DNA of 38,554 nt from an uncultured Planctomycetaceae bacterium (GCA_964345245.1 CAYFQS010000001.1:1-38554); one strand, 5' to 3'; shown: positions 25,544-33,837, counted from the first letter of the stretch. The notes: generated by a model not told the origin, from the letters alone. A program made the numbers and translations.

Positions 25544-25718
25544 AAACTCCAAATCCGAAACCCGAAATCCGAAACGACGTGGTCGGGGAAGAAAATCACG
25601 TGGCTCTCTGACGACGGCAGCGGACGCCGCAGCCCCACGATGCCATCGTCGGCTTGACACGCGGACCGGGCGCGTTGTCGCTTCCGTTTCGGATTTCGGG
25701 TTTCGGGTTTCGGGTTTT
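25543..25718. repeat. Copy B of the heptamer-armed repeat: 22-bp perfect (34-bp near-perfect) inverted repeat of CCGAAAN heptamers around a 108-nt core
   Basis: The left arm at 25555-25576, ccgaaacccgaaatccgaaacg, is the exact reverse complement of 25685-25706. The outer 12 nt pair with one mismatch plus G-U pairs. The core contains ggcTTGACAc. The element starts at the last base of the GT2 stop codon. Confidence 0.85.
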
Positions 25719-25721
25719 GCC

Positions 25722-26318
25722 GTGTTCGGCGTGTTGTTGACGAGCCTCCTCGTACGGCCCGTCGCTGCCGAACCGACCCCGCTGGAACAGGACCCGCCCG
25801 CTCACGTGAAGGTGCAGCTTGAGGGGGCCGACGCCACGGTCGGGTTGGTGAAAATGTCGGACGGAACGCATCGATTCCGCCTCGAAACGAATGATGGGCC
25901 GCTCCTGCTGACGCCCGAGCAGTTCGCCGGACGGGTACATCGCGAGCAGGCCCGGCGCGGCTGGCTGTGGATCATGCTCAACATCACCTCGCCGATCGGA
26001 CTGCTGTGGGTCGCGGTCGGCCTCGGCGGGCAGGTGCTGTTCACCGGACGGATGATCGTCCAGTGGCTGGTGAGCGAAAGGCAGAATCGCTCGGTGGTGC
26101 CTGTCGGGTTCTGGTGGCTGTCGCTGACCGGAGCGACGATGTTGATCACCTACTTCATCTGGCGAAAGGACGCGGTGGGCGTGCTGGGACAGGCGACGGG
26201 CTGGCTGATCTACGTCCGCAACCTGTGGATGATCTACGATCCTCTGGGCCATCGCCGACCGCCGGCGGTCGCCGAAGACCCCGCCCCCGAACCGGAACTG
26301 GACACACCGGGCAGTTGA
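25722..26318 (+). CDS. Lipid-A-biosynthesis N-terminal (LAB_N) domain membrane protein with an N-terminal signal/anchor and a small periplasmic domain
   Basis: LAB_N core is GLGGQVLFTGRMIVQWLVSERQNRSVVPVGFWWLSLTGATMLITYFIWRKDAVGVLGQATGWLIYVRNL. GTG 25722 is preferred (VFGVLLTSLLVRPVAA looks like a signal peptide). The ORF-track start at 25533 would force translation through the low-GC repeat. Confidence 0.72.
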   Translation: MFGVLLTSLLVRPVAAEPTPLEQDPPAHVKVQLEGADATVGLVKMSDGTHRFRLETNDGPLLLTPEQFAGRVHREQARRGWLWIMLNITSPIGLLWVAVGLGGQVLFTGRMIVQWLVSERQNRSVVPVGFWWLSLTGATMLITYFIWRKDAVGVLGQATGWLIYVRNLWMIYDPLGHRRPPAVAEDPAPEPELDTPGS

Positions 26319-26403
26319 CGATCCCGACAAACCGCCGAGACGGTGAGACGCAGAAGATGACAGAACAGCTCGGCACCAGATCAGACGCTCCACCTCCATC
26401 CAG

Positions 26404-26448
26404 CCGGAGCTGTGCTTTCTCCGGGCCTCCGCGTCTCTGCGGTTTTTT
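26404..26448 (+). terminator. Candidate intrinsic terminator after the glycosylation trio
   Basis: Hairpin CCGGAG-ctgtgcttt-CTCCGG, then a short CCGC-gtctct-GCGG hairpin followed by TTTTTT (26443-26448). This is one of very few T-runs in the window. It lies 31 nt upstream of the thiE ATG. Confidence 0.4.
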
Positions 26449-26478
26449 CCGTCCCTTCACCCCGCGAGCTGATACGAC

Positions 26479-27519
26479 ATGACCGACGTGCAGCGCATTC
26501 TGGATGCGAACGCCAACCGGGCCCGCGAGGCGATGCGGGTGATGGAGGATGCGGCCCGTTTTCTGCTTGACGACGCCGAGATCGCCCGGTCGCTCAAGCA
26601 ATTGCGTCACGATCTCGCGGGGGCGCTGGGTCAACTGCCCGACCGGGCCGCGGTGGAACTGCACCGCGACACGCCGGGCGACGTGGGCACGACGATCAGC
26701 ACCACGGCGGAAGGCGAGCGCGCGTCGGCCCGCGAAGTCGCCATCGCCGCGGGCAAGCGGCTCAGCGAGGCCCTGCGCTGTCTCGAGGAGTACGGCAAGA
26801 CGCTCGCGCCCGACTTCGCCGGCCGCATGGAAGCCCTGCGCTATCGCGGCTACGACCTCGAGACCCGGCTTCACCGCCGGCTCGGCTCGCCCCACGCCCG
26901 CCAGTGGCGGCTGTGCGTACTGATCACCGAGGCCCTGTGCGAGCATCACGACTGGCCCGACGTCGCCCGCGCCTGTCTCGACGCCGGGGCGGACTGCCTG
27001 CAACTGCGGGAGAAAACGCTCGAAGCGGGCGAACTGCTCGAACGCGCCGCGGCACTCGTCGAACTCGCCGCCGATGACGATGCGTCGATCATCGTGAACG
27101 ACCGTCCCGACGTCGCCCTGCTCGCGGGCGCCGACGGCGTGCACCTCGGCCAAAATGATCTGCCGCCGGATGCGGTTCGCCGCATGGTCGGCCGGCGACT
27201 CGCCATCGGCGTGAGTACGCACGACCTCGGGGAGGCGAAAGCCGCCGTCACCGCCGGGGCCGACTACTGCGGCGTGGGCGCGATGTTCGCCACCGAGACC
27301 AAGGCCCGCCGCACGAGCGGCCCGGCGTACCTGCGACGGTTCGTGCGCGATTACCCGACCACGCCCCACCTCGCCATTGGCGGGATCACCCCCGACAACA
27401 TCGACCCGCTCGTCGCCGCGGGCGCCCGCGGCGTGGCCGTCAGCGCCTGCGTATGCCGCGCCCCCGACCCCGCCTCCGTCGTCCGCAAGCTACTGCAAGC
27501 GATGAACGCCCCGAGCTGA
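26479..27519 (+). CDS. thiE: Thiamine-phosphate synthase with a ~130-aa N-terminal extension
   Basis: C-terminal TMP-synthase core has LQLREK, IVNDRPDVALLAGADGVHLGQNDL, IGVSTH and GGITPDN. The N-terminal helical domain is ILDANANRAREAMRVMEDAARF... Confidence 0.85.
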   Translation: MTDVQRILDANANRAREAMRVMEDAARFLLDDAEIARSLKQLRHDLAGALGQLPDRAAVELHRDTPGDVGTTISTTAEGERASAREVAIAAGKRLSEALRCLEEYGKTLAPDFAGRMEALRYRGYDLETRLHRRLGSPHARQWRLCVLITEALCEHHDWPDVARACLDAGADCLQLREKTLEAGELLERAAALVELAADDDASIIVNDRPDVALLAGADGVHLGQNDLPPDAVRRMVGRRLAIGVSTHDLGEAKAAVTAGADYCGVGAMFATETKARRTSGPAYLRRFVRDYPTTPHLAIGGITPDNIDPLVAAGARGVAVSACVCRAPDPASVVRKLLQAMNAPS

Positions 27520-27611
27520 GGGTGACGATCAGATCGCGAAGCACCCGAAGAAACAAAATGCACCACGGAATGACCTCCCGGCGGTCTTCGTGTCTTCGTG
27601 ACCTGCGTGGT

Positions 27612-28622
27612 TCACGTGGCCCGGCCTTCCACCAGATTCCGGCCGGCGACGAGGGCGGCCATTTTGGCGTCGGCCACGCTGCGGGGCAGCATCCAGAACC
27701 CGCAATCCGGATGCACCCATCTCACCCGCGATTCGCCGAGCTTTTCGATGGCCAGGTCGATCCGCCGGGCGACTTCTTCCGGCGGCTCGACGGCGTTGTC
27801 CTTGATGTCGATCACGCCGACGCCGAGGGCGATCTCGTCGCGCAGATCGGCGAACAGGTCGATTTCCTCGTAGCCCCGCCGGGCGAACTCGAGCACGAGA
27901 TGGTTGACGTGCAGGTTGTTGAGAAAGCCGATCAGGTCGGCCCACTGCCCGCGCTGGATTGACTGACCGCCGTAGTTCCCGAAGCACAGGTGCAGCGCCC
28001 GCTCGCCTTCGACCGCGTCGAGCACGACGTTGATCGGCTCATGGGCCCAGCCGGCGTCCTCGCGGTGACCGGTCAGATGCGCCTCGTCGACCTGAATCAC
28101 CGCGGCATCGATCTCCGCAACCTGGGCGGCCAGCACCTCGGCCAGGGCCATCGTCAACGCCCGCTCGTCGCCGTAGTGAGCGTCGATCAGCGTCCGGGCG
28201 AGCATGTACGGCGAGGTCACGGTGAACTTCAGCGGGCGATCCGTCAGACCCTTCACCATCGCCCAGTCGGCGGGCAGATCGAGCCCGCCTTCGCCGATCT
28301 GCCCCCGCACCGCCCCGGCGGGCCTGGCGCGGAACGACATCGCGCTCTGCTCGCGGAACGCATTGAGCTCCCGCCGGCTCACCTCGGGCGTGATCCCCGA
28401 CATGGGCGCGATGAAGTAGTCGATCATCCCGTTCGTCTCGGGATGGTTGACGTTGAACCGCGACAACTCGCCGTCGGCGATCAAGTCCAGCCCGGCGAGT
28501 TCCTGCGTCTTGAGCACCGCGAGCAGCGCGTCGCGCAACGCCGGCGTCGACGGCAACGCCCGCAGCCAGTCCGGCAGCGGATAGCTGCCGACCACCGTCG
28601 TGCAAATCTGAGGTTCGGACAT
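27612..28622 (-). CDS. Cobalamin-independent methionine synthase C-terminal-domain-like (MetE family, Meth_synt_2) protein
   Basis: Starts TTVVGSYPLPDWL. Zn-ligand contexts are HLCFGNYGG and WVHPDCGFWML. SD AGGAGG lies 4 nt upstream of the ATG. Confidence 0.85.
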   Translation of the reverse strand: MSEPQICTTVVGSYPLPDWLRALPSTPALRDALLAVLKTQELAGLDLIADGELSRFNVNHPETNGMIDYFIAPMSGITPEVSRRELNAFREQSAMSFRARPAGAVRGQIGEGGLDLPADWAMVKGLTDRPLKFTVTSPYMLARTLIDAHYGDERALTMALAEVLAAQVAEIDAAVIQVDEAHLTGHREDAGWAHEPINVVLDAVEGERALHLCFGNYGGQSIQRGQWADLIGFLNNLHVNHLVLEFARRGYEEIDLFADLRDEIALGVGVIDIKDNAVEPPEEVARRIDLAIEKLGESRVRWVHPDCGFWMLPRSVADAKMAALVAGRNLVEGRAT

Positions 28623-28689
28623 AAGGCCTCCTGTCTGGACGACATCATAGGCCGGAGAGAATCCGCGACGGCGCCCAACCCGAAGTCAA

Positions 28690-28712
28690 GAAACTTCAAA
28701 GCACGCGGTCGG
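28690..28712 (+). repeat. Copy C: short, heptamer-less relative of the repeat family
   Basis: gaaacttcaaag + cacgcggtcgg compare with copy B's gaaactccaaat ... acgtggtcgg, with the heptamer array missing. It sits upstream of hrpB in the same orientation as copies A and B relative to their downstream genes. Confidence 0.35.
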
Positions 28713-28810
28713 ACGACGAGAGCGCAGGGTGGCCCGATGACGTCGCTGGATGAGATGCCCCGCCTTGCCGCCGCCTCATGCCTCCGTGCCTCGATGTTTA
28801 CCCCTTCCGC

Positions 28811-28816
28811 TACACT
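28811..28816 (+). promoter_or_regulatory. -10-like hexamer TACACT, 7 nt upstream of the hrpB ATG
   Basis: Reads cgcTACACTgcccctcATG, with no SD. Confidence 0.4.
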
Positions 28817-28823
28817 GCCCCTC

Positions 28824-31325
28824 ATGCTCCCGGTCTATGAAATCCGAGACCAGCTCATCGCCGCGATGCGGGATCGCGGGCGGTGCGTGCTGACGGCGCC
28901 GACCGGATCGGGCAAGACGACGCAGGTGCCGCGGATGCTGCATGACGCGGGCATCGTCGCCGGCCGCATCGTCGTGCTTCAGCCGCGGCGGCTGGCGACG
29001 CGGCTCGTCGCCCGACGCGTCGCTCACGAGATGAACGTCGAACTCGGCGGGCGCGTCGGCTACCAGACCCGCCACGATCGCCAGGTCAGCGACGATTCGA
29101 AGATCGTGTTCATGACCAACGGCCTTTTCCTGCGACTGCTGCAGAACGACCCCCAACTGCGGGGCATCGGGGCGGTGGTCATCGACGAACTGCACGAGCG
29201 CGATCTCGCCGCGGACCTCGCGCTGGCCCTGACCGCCCGACTCGGCCGCGGCGACCGGCCGGAGCTGAAGCTCATGGCGATGTCGGCCACGCTCGAAACC
29301 GCGAAGGTCGCCGCCTATCTGGACTGCCCCGTCCTCGAGGCCGGCGGCCGGGCATATCCCGTCGACATCCGCTATCTCGCCAAGCGGCCGAGCGGTCGGC
29401 CCTGGCAGACGGCGGCGGAAACGGTGGCGCGGCTGGTCGAGGCCGACCAACCCGGGGACGTGCTCGTGTTCATGCCGGGCATGTACGAGATTCGGCGGAC
29501 CATCGAAGCGTGTCGGCGGCGGATCGCCGGCGGCGCGGACGTGAAGCTGCTGCCGCTGCACGCCTCGCTGCCCGCGGCGGAGCAGGACGCCGCTCTCGCC
29601 GAAGCGCCCGGCCGCAAGATCATCGTTTCGACCAACGTCGCCGAGACGTCGATCACCATCGAGGGCATCCGCCATGTGGTGGACAGCGGGCTGGCGAAGG
29701 CGCATCACTTTGATGCGAACCGCGCGATCAACGTGCTGTCGACCGAGCCGATCAGCCAGGCCTCGGCGGACCAGCGGGCCGGTCGAGCCGGGCGCACCTC
29801 GCCCGGCACGTGCACCCGGCTCTGGATCGAGCGCGATCACAAACACCGCCCCGCTCACGACGAACCGGAGGTTCGCCGTCTTGATCTCGCCGAGCCGGCG
29901 CTGCAGATGAAGTCGATGGGCGTGGCCGACGTGCGCGGTTTCGACTGGCTGGATCGGCCGGAGGACGAGGCGCTCGACCACGCCACGGCGTTGCTCGAAC
30001 GTCTCGGCGCGATCGACGACGCCGGCGAGCTCACCGAGCGCGGCCGGGCGATGGCGAAACTGCCCATGCATCCGCGGCTCGGGCGGATGATCGTCGAGGC
30101 GGCCGACCGCGGCGACGCCGGCCGGGCGTGTCTCTGGGCCGCGCTGGTCAGCGGGCGCGGTCTGCTCACCGGCCCCCCGGCGGCGCGCTTCACGTCGCGG
30201 GGGTCGGATCAGCCGGCCTCCGATCTCGTGGTGCACGAGCGGGCCTTCGCCGCGGCGAAGGACGCGCGGTTCCGCACCAACGCCTGCCGCGAGATCGGCG
30301 TGCACGCCCTGACCGCCCGCGAGGCCGACCAGACCTGCCGACTCATGCTCCGGGCGGCGAAATCGGCGGGCCTCCACACCCGCGGCGAGCCCCTGCCGAC
30401 CCACGCGATGGTTGAGTGCCTGCTCGCCGGCTACGGCGACCACGTCGCCGCCCGCCGCGATGAAGCGACGCTCCACTGCGCCATGGTCGGCCGCAAGCGC
30501 GTCGTGCTCGACAAGCAGTCGGTGGCGACGGGCAGCCCGCTCATCGTCGCCCTCGACGTTCGTGAGATCGCCCACGCCGGCGGCGTCCGCACCGTGCTGT
30601 CGCTGGCGAGCGAGACCGACCTCGACACGCTGGCGTCGCTGTTTCCGGATCGGGTCGCGACGGACGTGGAACTGCGGTGGAACGCCGACCGCCGGGCGGT
30701 GGAGCAGGTCGAGCGCTGGGTCTACGACGGACTGACGGTGGACGAGACGGCCCGACCGGCCGAGCCGGGCGAAGCCGCGGCCGCGATGCTCGTCGACCGC
30801 ATCGAGCCCGGCGAGATCGAGCTGCCCCACTGGAACGCGAAGGTCGACGCCTGGCTCGCGCGGACGCGGTGCGTCGCGGAGTGGTTCCCGCAGCGCGGGC
30901 TGTTGCGGTATACGCCGGACGAGCTTCGCGTGATCCTCCTGGAGGTCGTGGCCGGGGCGACGCGGGCGAGCGAGCTGCGCGATCGCCCGGTGTTGCCGGC
31001 GATGCGGAATGCGATGTCATGGGAAGATCAGCAGTTCGTTGAGCGGATGACGCCGAACGAGATTGAGTTGCCCTCGGGCCGACCGATGAAGATCGACTAC
31101 GAGCCCGGCTCGCCGCCGAAGGGTCGGGCGAAGATTCAGGAGTTGTACGGCCTGACCGACACACCGCGCATCGCCGGCGGCCGGCAGCCGGTGCTCCTGG
31201 AGATTCTTGCCCCGAACTTTCGACCGGTGCAGATGACCGACGATCTCGCCGGCTTCTGGAAGAACCTGTACCCCGAAGTGAAGAAGGAACTCAAGCGGCG
31301 GTACCCGAAGCACGAGTGGCGGTAG
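28824..31325 (+). CDS. hrpB: ATP-dependent DEAH-box RNA helicase HrpB
   Basis: Motifs TAPTGSGKTTQVP, VIDELHERD, SATL, TNVAETSITIEG and QRAGRAGR, plus an HrpB-type C-terminal domain. The start at 28824 (MLPVYEIRDQL) fits family N-termini; the ORF-track frame opens far upstream. Confidence 0.9.
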   Translation: MLPVYEIRDQLIAAMRDRGRCVLTAPTGSGKTTQVPRMLHDAGIVAGRIVVLQPRRLATRLVARRVAHEMNVELGGRVGYQTRHDRQVSDDSKIVFMTNGLFLRLLQNDPQLRGIGAVVIDELHERDLAADLALALTARLGRGDRPELKLMAMSATLETAKVAAYLDCPVLEAGGRAYPVDIRYLAKRPSGRPWQTAAETVARLVEADQPGDVLVFMPGMYEIRRTIEACRRRIAGGADVKLLPLHASLPAAEQDAALAEAPGRKIIVSTNVAETSITIEGIRHVVDSGLAKAHHFDANRAINVLSTEPISQASADQRAGRAGRTSPGTCTRLWIERDHKHRPAHDEPEVRRLDLAEPALQMKSMGVADVRGFDWLDRPEDEALDHATALLERLGAIDDAGELTERGRAMAKLPMHPRLGRMIVEAADRGDAGRACLWAALVSGRGLLTGPPAARFTSRGSDQPASDLVVHERAFAAAKDARFRTNACREIGVHALTAREADQTCRLMLRAAKSAGLHTRGEPLPTHAMVECLLAGYGDHVAARRDEATLHCAMVGRKRVVLDKQSVATGSPLIVALDVREIAHAGGVRTVLSLASETDLDTLASLFPDRVATDVELRWNADRRAVEQVERWVYDGLTVDETARPAEPGEAAAAMLVDRIEPGEIELPHWNAKVDAWLARTRCVAEWFPQRGLLRYTPDELRVILLEVVAGATRASELRDRPVLPAMRNAMSWEDQQFVERMTPNEIELPSGRPMKIDYEPGSPPKGRAKIQELYGLTDTPRIAGGRQPVLLEILAPNFRPVQMTDDLAGFWKNLYPEVKKELKRRYPKHEWR

Positions 31326-31473
31326 GCGGGAGACCGAGGCCCGTCCCGGACGGCGTTGGGAGAGGCGAGACAGTCGTTGCGGGGATTCGGCACTGCGCCT
31401 CGTGTGACGATCTCAAACGCGGTTGATACCGTGGATGGAAGCGAAGGAACCGCGGCGAATGAACACCCTTGGT

Positions 31474-31500
31474 GCGGCCCGCTGAAGCGGGGCCGCGCCG
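31474..31500. repeat. GC palindromic element H1 (GCGGCCCGC-tgaa-GCGGGGCCGC-gccg)
   Basis: Read directly. It is near-identical in arms and 3' tail (ggccgcgccg...gaatc) to H2 at 33055-33081. It lies 28 nt upstream of the GH39 start. Confidence 0.6.
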
Positions 31501-31528
31501 GGCGAATCCCGTACGAAGGGAGTGACCG

Positions 31529-33028
31529 ATGCAGCAAATCGAAGTGAACGCGATGGCGACCGGCGAGGCGTGCGAGCCCTACTGGAAGCGAATGGTCTGC
31601 GGCGACCGGGCGGGACTGGCCCTGCGGGCGGACTACCGCGAGTGCCTCGCCGCCGCGGTCCGGGAGTGCGGGTTCCAGTCGCTCCGGCAGCACGGGATGT
31701 TCCACGACGACATGTTCCTCTGGCACCGCGAAGACCAGCCGATGCGGTTCCAGTACCTGTTCTCGAACTACGACTATTACCTCTCACTCGGCCTGCGACC
31801 GTTCGTCGAGCTGAGCTTCATGCCGCGGTGGATGGCGGCGAAGGACAGCCGGGTGTTCGCGGTCGACTGCGCCGCCTCCCCGCCGAAGGACTACGGCCAG
31901 TGGTGGAAGCTCGTCCACGAAACAGTCAGCGCCCTCGTGGATCGCTACGGCGTCGAGGAGGTGCGGTCCTGGCACTTCGAGGTTTGGAACGAGGCGGACA
32001 TCGCCTTTTTCGACGGCACGCAGGACGAGTACTTCGAGCTCTACCGCCACGCGGCCGACGCGGTGAAAAGCGTGGACGAAACACTTCGCATCGGCGGCCC
32101 GGCGACGAGCAACTTCAAAGCCGACGACGACGGGGTCTTCCGCCCCGTCTGGGTCGAAGCGATGATCGACTTCTGCGATCGCGAGCATCTGCCGCTCGAC
32201 TTCGTTTCGACGCATCCCTATCCGACCGACTTCGCCTTCGACGAGGCGAAGAAGAAGCACATCGGCATGGTGCGCGACCTCGACGCCACGCACACCGACC
32301 TGAAACTGTTGCGGAAGGTGGTGGACGCCGGGGCGATGCCGCACCTGCCGATTCACTGCAACGAGTGGGGTTCGTCGCCCGGCGCCCGCGATCACGTGCA
32401 CGACCACGTGTTCAGCGGATCGTTCCTGCTCTACAACCTGCTGAAGTCGGTGGGGCTGGTGGATTCGATGGCGCGGTGGGTGTTCTGCGACGTTTCGGAA
32501 GAGCGGCCGCCGGGCGAGGCGGAGTTCCACGGGGGATGGGGATTGATGACCGTGCACGGCATCCGGAAGCCCGGATTCCACGCCTATGCGTTCCTCAACC
32601 GCCTCGGCGGGACGATGCTGCACAACGAGGACGGGGCGGCGGTCTTCCGCGGCGACGGGGACTGGCAGGTGCTGCTGCACAATCATCAGCACTATGTCGA
32701 TCGCGAGATGCAGTGGGAAACCTTCGAGGGCGCGCAGCGCATGATCGGCCACGGCGAGTCCAGGTCGTGCGAGGTCACGCTCACCGGCCTGCCTCCACGC
32801 GTGCGGCTCCGCCGGCGACTCGTGGACCGCGAGCACGGCTGGGCCCGGCCCGCGTGGGTCGAGATGGGCAGCCCCGACTGGCCGACGCCGGATCAACTCC
32901 AGGTCCTGCACGAGGCCGCGATGCCCGGTGAAACGGTCGAAACCCATGACACGGAAGACGGCCGGCTTACGATGCGGCAGGAGTTGGACGCACACGCATT
33001 TGCGTTGATCGAAGTGGAGAAGGCGTAG
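31529..33028 (+). CDS. Glycoside hydrolase family 39 (beta-xylosidase-like), apparently cytoplasmic
   Basis: Motifs FVELSFMP, PPKDYGQWWKL, WHFEVWNEADI (acid/base Glu context) and LRIGGPATS. There is no signal peptide. SD AAGGGAG lies 6 nt upstream. Confidence 0.85.
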   Translation: MQQIEVNAMATGEACEPYWKRMVCGDRAGLALRADYRECLAAAVRECGFQSLRQHGMFHDDMFLWHREDQPMRFQYLFSNYDYYLSLGLRPFVELSFMPRWMAAKDSRVFAVDCAASPPKDYGQWWKLVHETVSALVDRYGVEEVRSWHFEVWNEADIAFFDGTQDEYFELYRHAADAVKSVDETLRIGGPATSNFKADDDGVFRPVWVEAMIDFCDREHLPLDFVSTHPYPTDFAFDEAKKKHIGMVRDLDATHTDLKLLRKVVDAGAMPHLPIHCNEWGSSPGARDHVHDHVFSGSFLLYNLLKSVGLVDSMARWVFCDVSEERPPGEAEFHGGWGLMTVHGIRKPGFHAYAFLNRLGGTMLHNEDGAAVFRGDGDWQVLLHNHQHYVDREMQWETFEGAQRMIGHGESRSCEVTLTGLPPRVRLRRRLVDREHGWARPAWVEMGSPDWPTPDQLQVLHEAAMPGETVETHDTEDGRLTMRQELDAHAFALIEVEKA

Positions 33029-33054
33029 CGATGGCCACAGGCGGGTGCTGGGAA

Positions 33055-33081
33055 GCGGCCCGCGAGCGCGGGGCCGCGCCG
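33055..33081. repeat. GC palindromic element H2 (GCGGCCCGCG-ag-CGCGGGGCCGC-gccg)
   Basis: Same orientation and near-identical sequence to H1. It lies 27 nt after the GH39 stop. Confidence 0.6.
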
Positions 33082-33103
33082 ATGAATCGAGGGCCGGGCG
33101 ATC

Positions 33104-33736
33104 ATGACGGATATCTGGCCGTTCATCTTCGCCGGGGGATTGCTCGGGCTGCAGGGCGGGTTCGCGCCGGGGCCGCTGACCGCCCTGGTGATCAGTGAAG
33201 GGATTCGTCACGGCAAGCGGGCGGGGATGCTCGCGGGGCTCGCGCCGCTGATGACCGACGGGCCGGTCATTGTTGCCTCGCTGCTGCTCCTCACCGCCCT
33301 GCCGGGCGGGAACACGACGCTGGGCGTCATCGCCGGCGGCGGAGCGGTGCTGCTGGTGTACCTCGGCCTGCGGGGTCTGCGGGCCGGGGAAGAGAAGTTC
33401 CGATTCCACGGCGATCTCCACGGCGGCGGCGGGACCGTGCTTCGCGCGATCGGCGTGAACCTGCTCAACCCCAACCCCTACCTGTTCTGGTTCACCATCT
33501 GCGCCCCGCAGATGATCGCCGGCTACCGCGAGCATGGGCCGGGCGCCCCGCTCGGATTCGTCCTGGCGTTTTACATCGGGCTCGTCGGGGTGAAACTCAC
33601 GCTCGGCCTGGTCGCGGGCGTCGCCGCCACCCGCCTCCGCCCGCGCCTGCTCATGTGGGCGAATCGCGTGCTGTCGGTGTTGATGCTGCTCTACGCCATC
33701 GTGTTCGCAATCAAGGCGTATGGGCTGATCACGTGA
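33104..33736 (+). CDS. LysE/RhtB-family amino-acid exporter
   Basis: 210 aa with six hydrophobic segments. The N-terminal family motif is GLQGGFAPGPLTALVISEG. It also has NLLNPNPYLFW. Confidence 0.85.
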   Translation: MTDIWPFIFAGGLLGLQGGFAPGPLTALVISEGIRHGKRAGMLAGLAPLMTDGPVIVASLLLLTALPGGNTTLGVIAGGGAVLLVYLGLRGLRAGEEKFRFHGDLHGGGGTVLRAIGVNLLNPNPYLFWFTICAPQMIAGYREHGPGAPLGFVLAFYIGLVGVKLTLGLVAGVAATRLRPRLLMWANRVLSVLMLLYAIVFAIKAYGLIT

Positions 33737-33737
33737 T

Positions 33738-33837
33738 CCCCACCGAAAAAAAAACGCGGTGGGCTTTCGGCCGGCGGCACCTCGTGAACGAACGCGGGAA
33801 CGGCGGCATGCCGCGCGCGTCGACGTGAAAGCCCACC
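33738..33837 (-). terminator. Structured element: on the minus strand, an 11-bp perfect stem followed by gcg + T9, with a competing 7-bp hairpin
   Basis: GGTGGGCTTTC (33758-33768) is the exact complement of GAAAGCCCACC (33827-33837). An A9 run at 33746-33754 reads as T9 on the minus strand. CCCACCG (33739-33745) can alternatively pair with CGGTGGG (33757-33763). Confidence 0.4.

Noticed and set aside
25543-25718. Heptamer arrays as a possible CRISPR or minisatellite.
   Set aside because: The repeat unit is 7 nt with no spacers. The arrays are inverted relative to each other around a unique core. No cas genes are present.
25533-25721. The ORF-track start (GTG 25533) for the LAB_N protein, which would translate through the heptamer inverted repeat.
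   Set aside because: The segment is a low-GC repeat shared with non-coding copy A. It overlaps the upstream gene by 11 nt. It yields a basic low-complexity peptide placed ahead of an otherwise good signal peptide that begins at GTG 25722.
21471-28622. The stand-alone URO-D-family and MetE-C-domain-like proteins as a paired methyl-transfer system.
   Set aside because: They are 5 kb apart on opposite strands with unrelated genes in between. No corrinoid protein or activase gene is present, so there is no sequence-level evidence of linkage.
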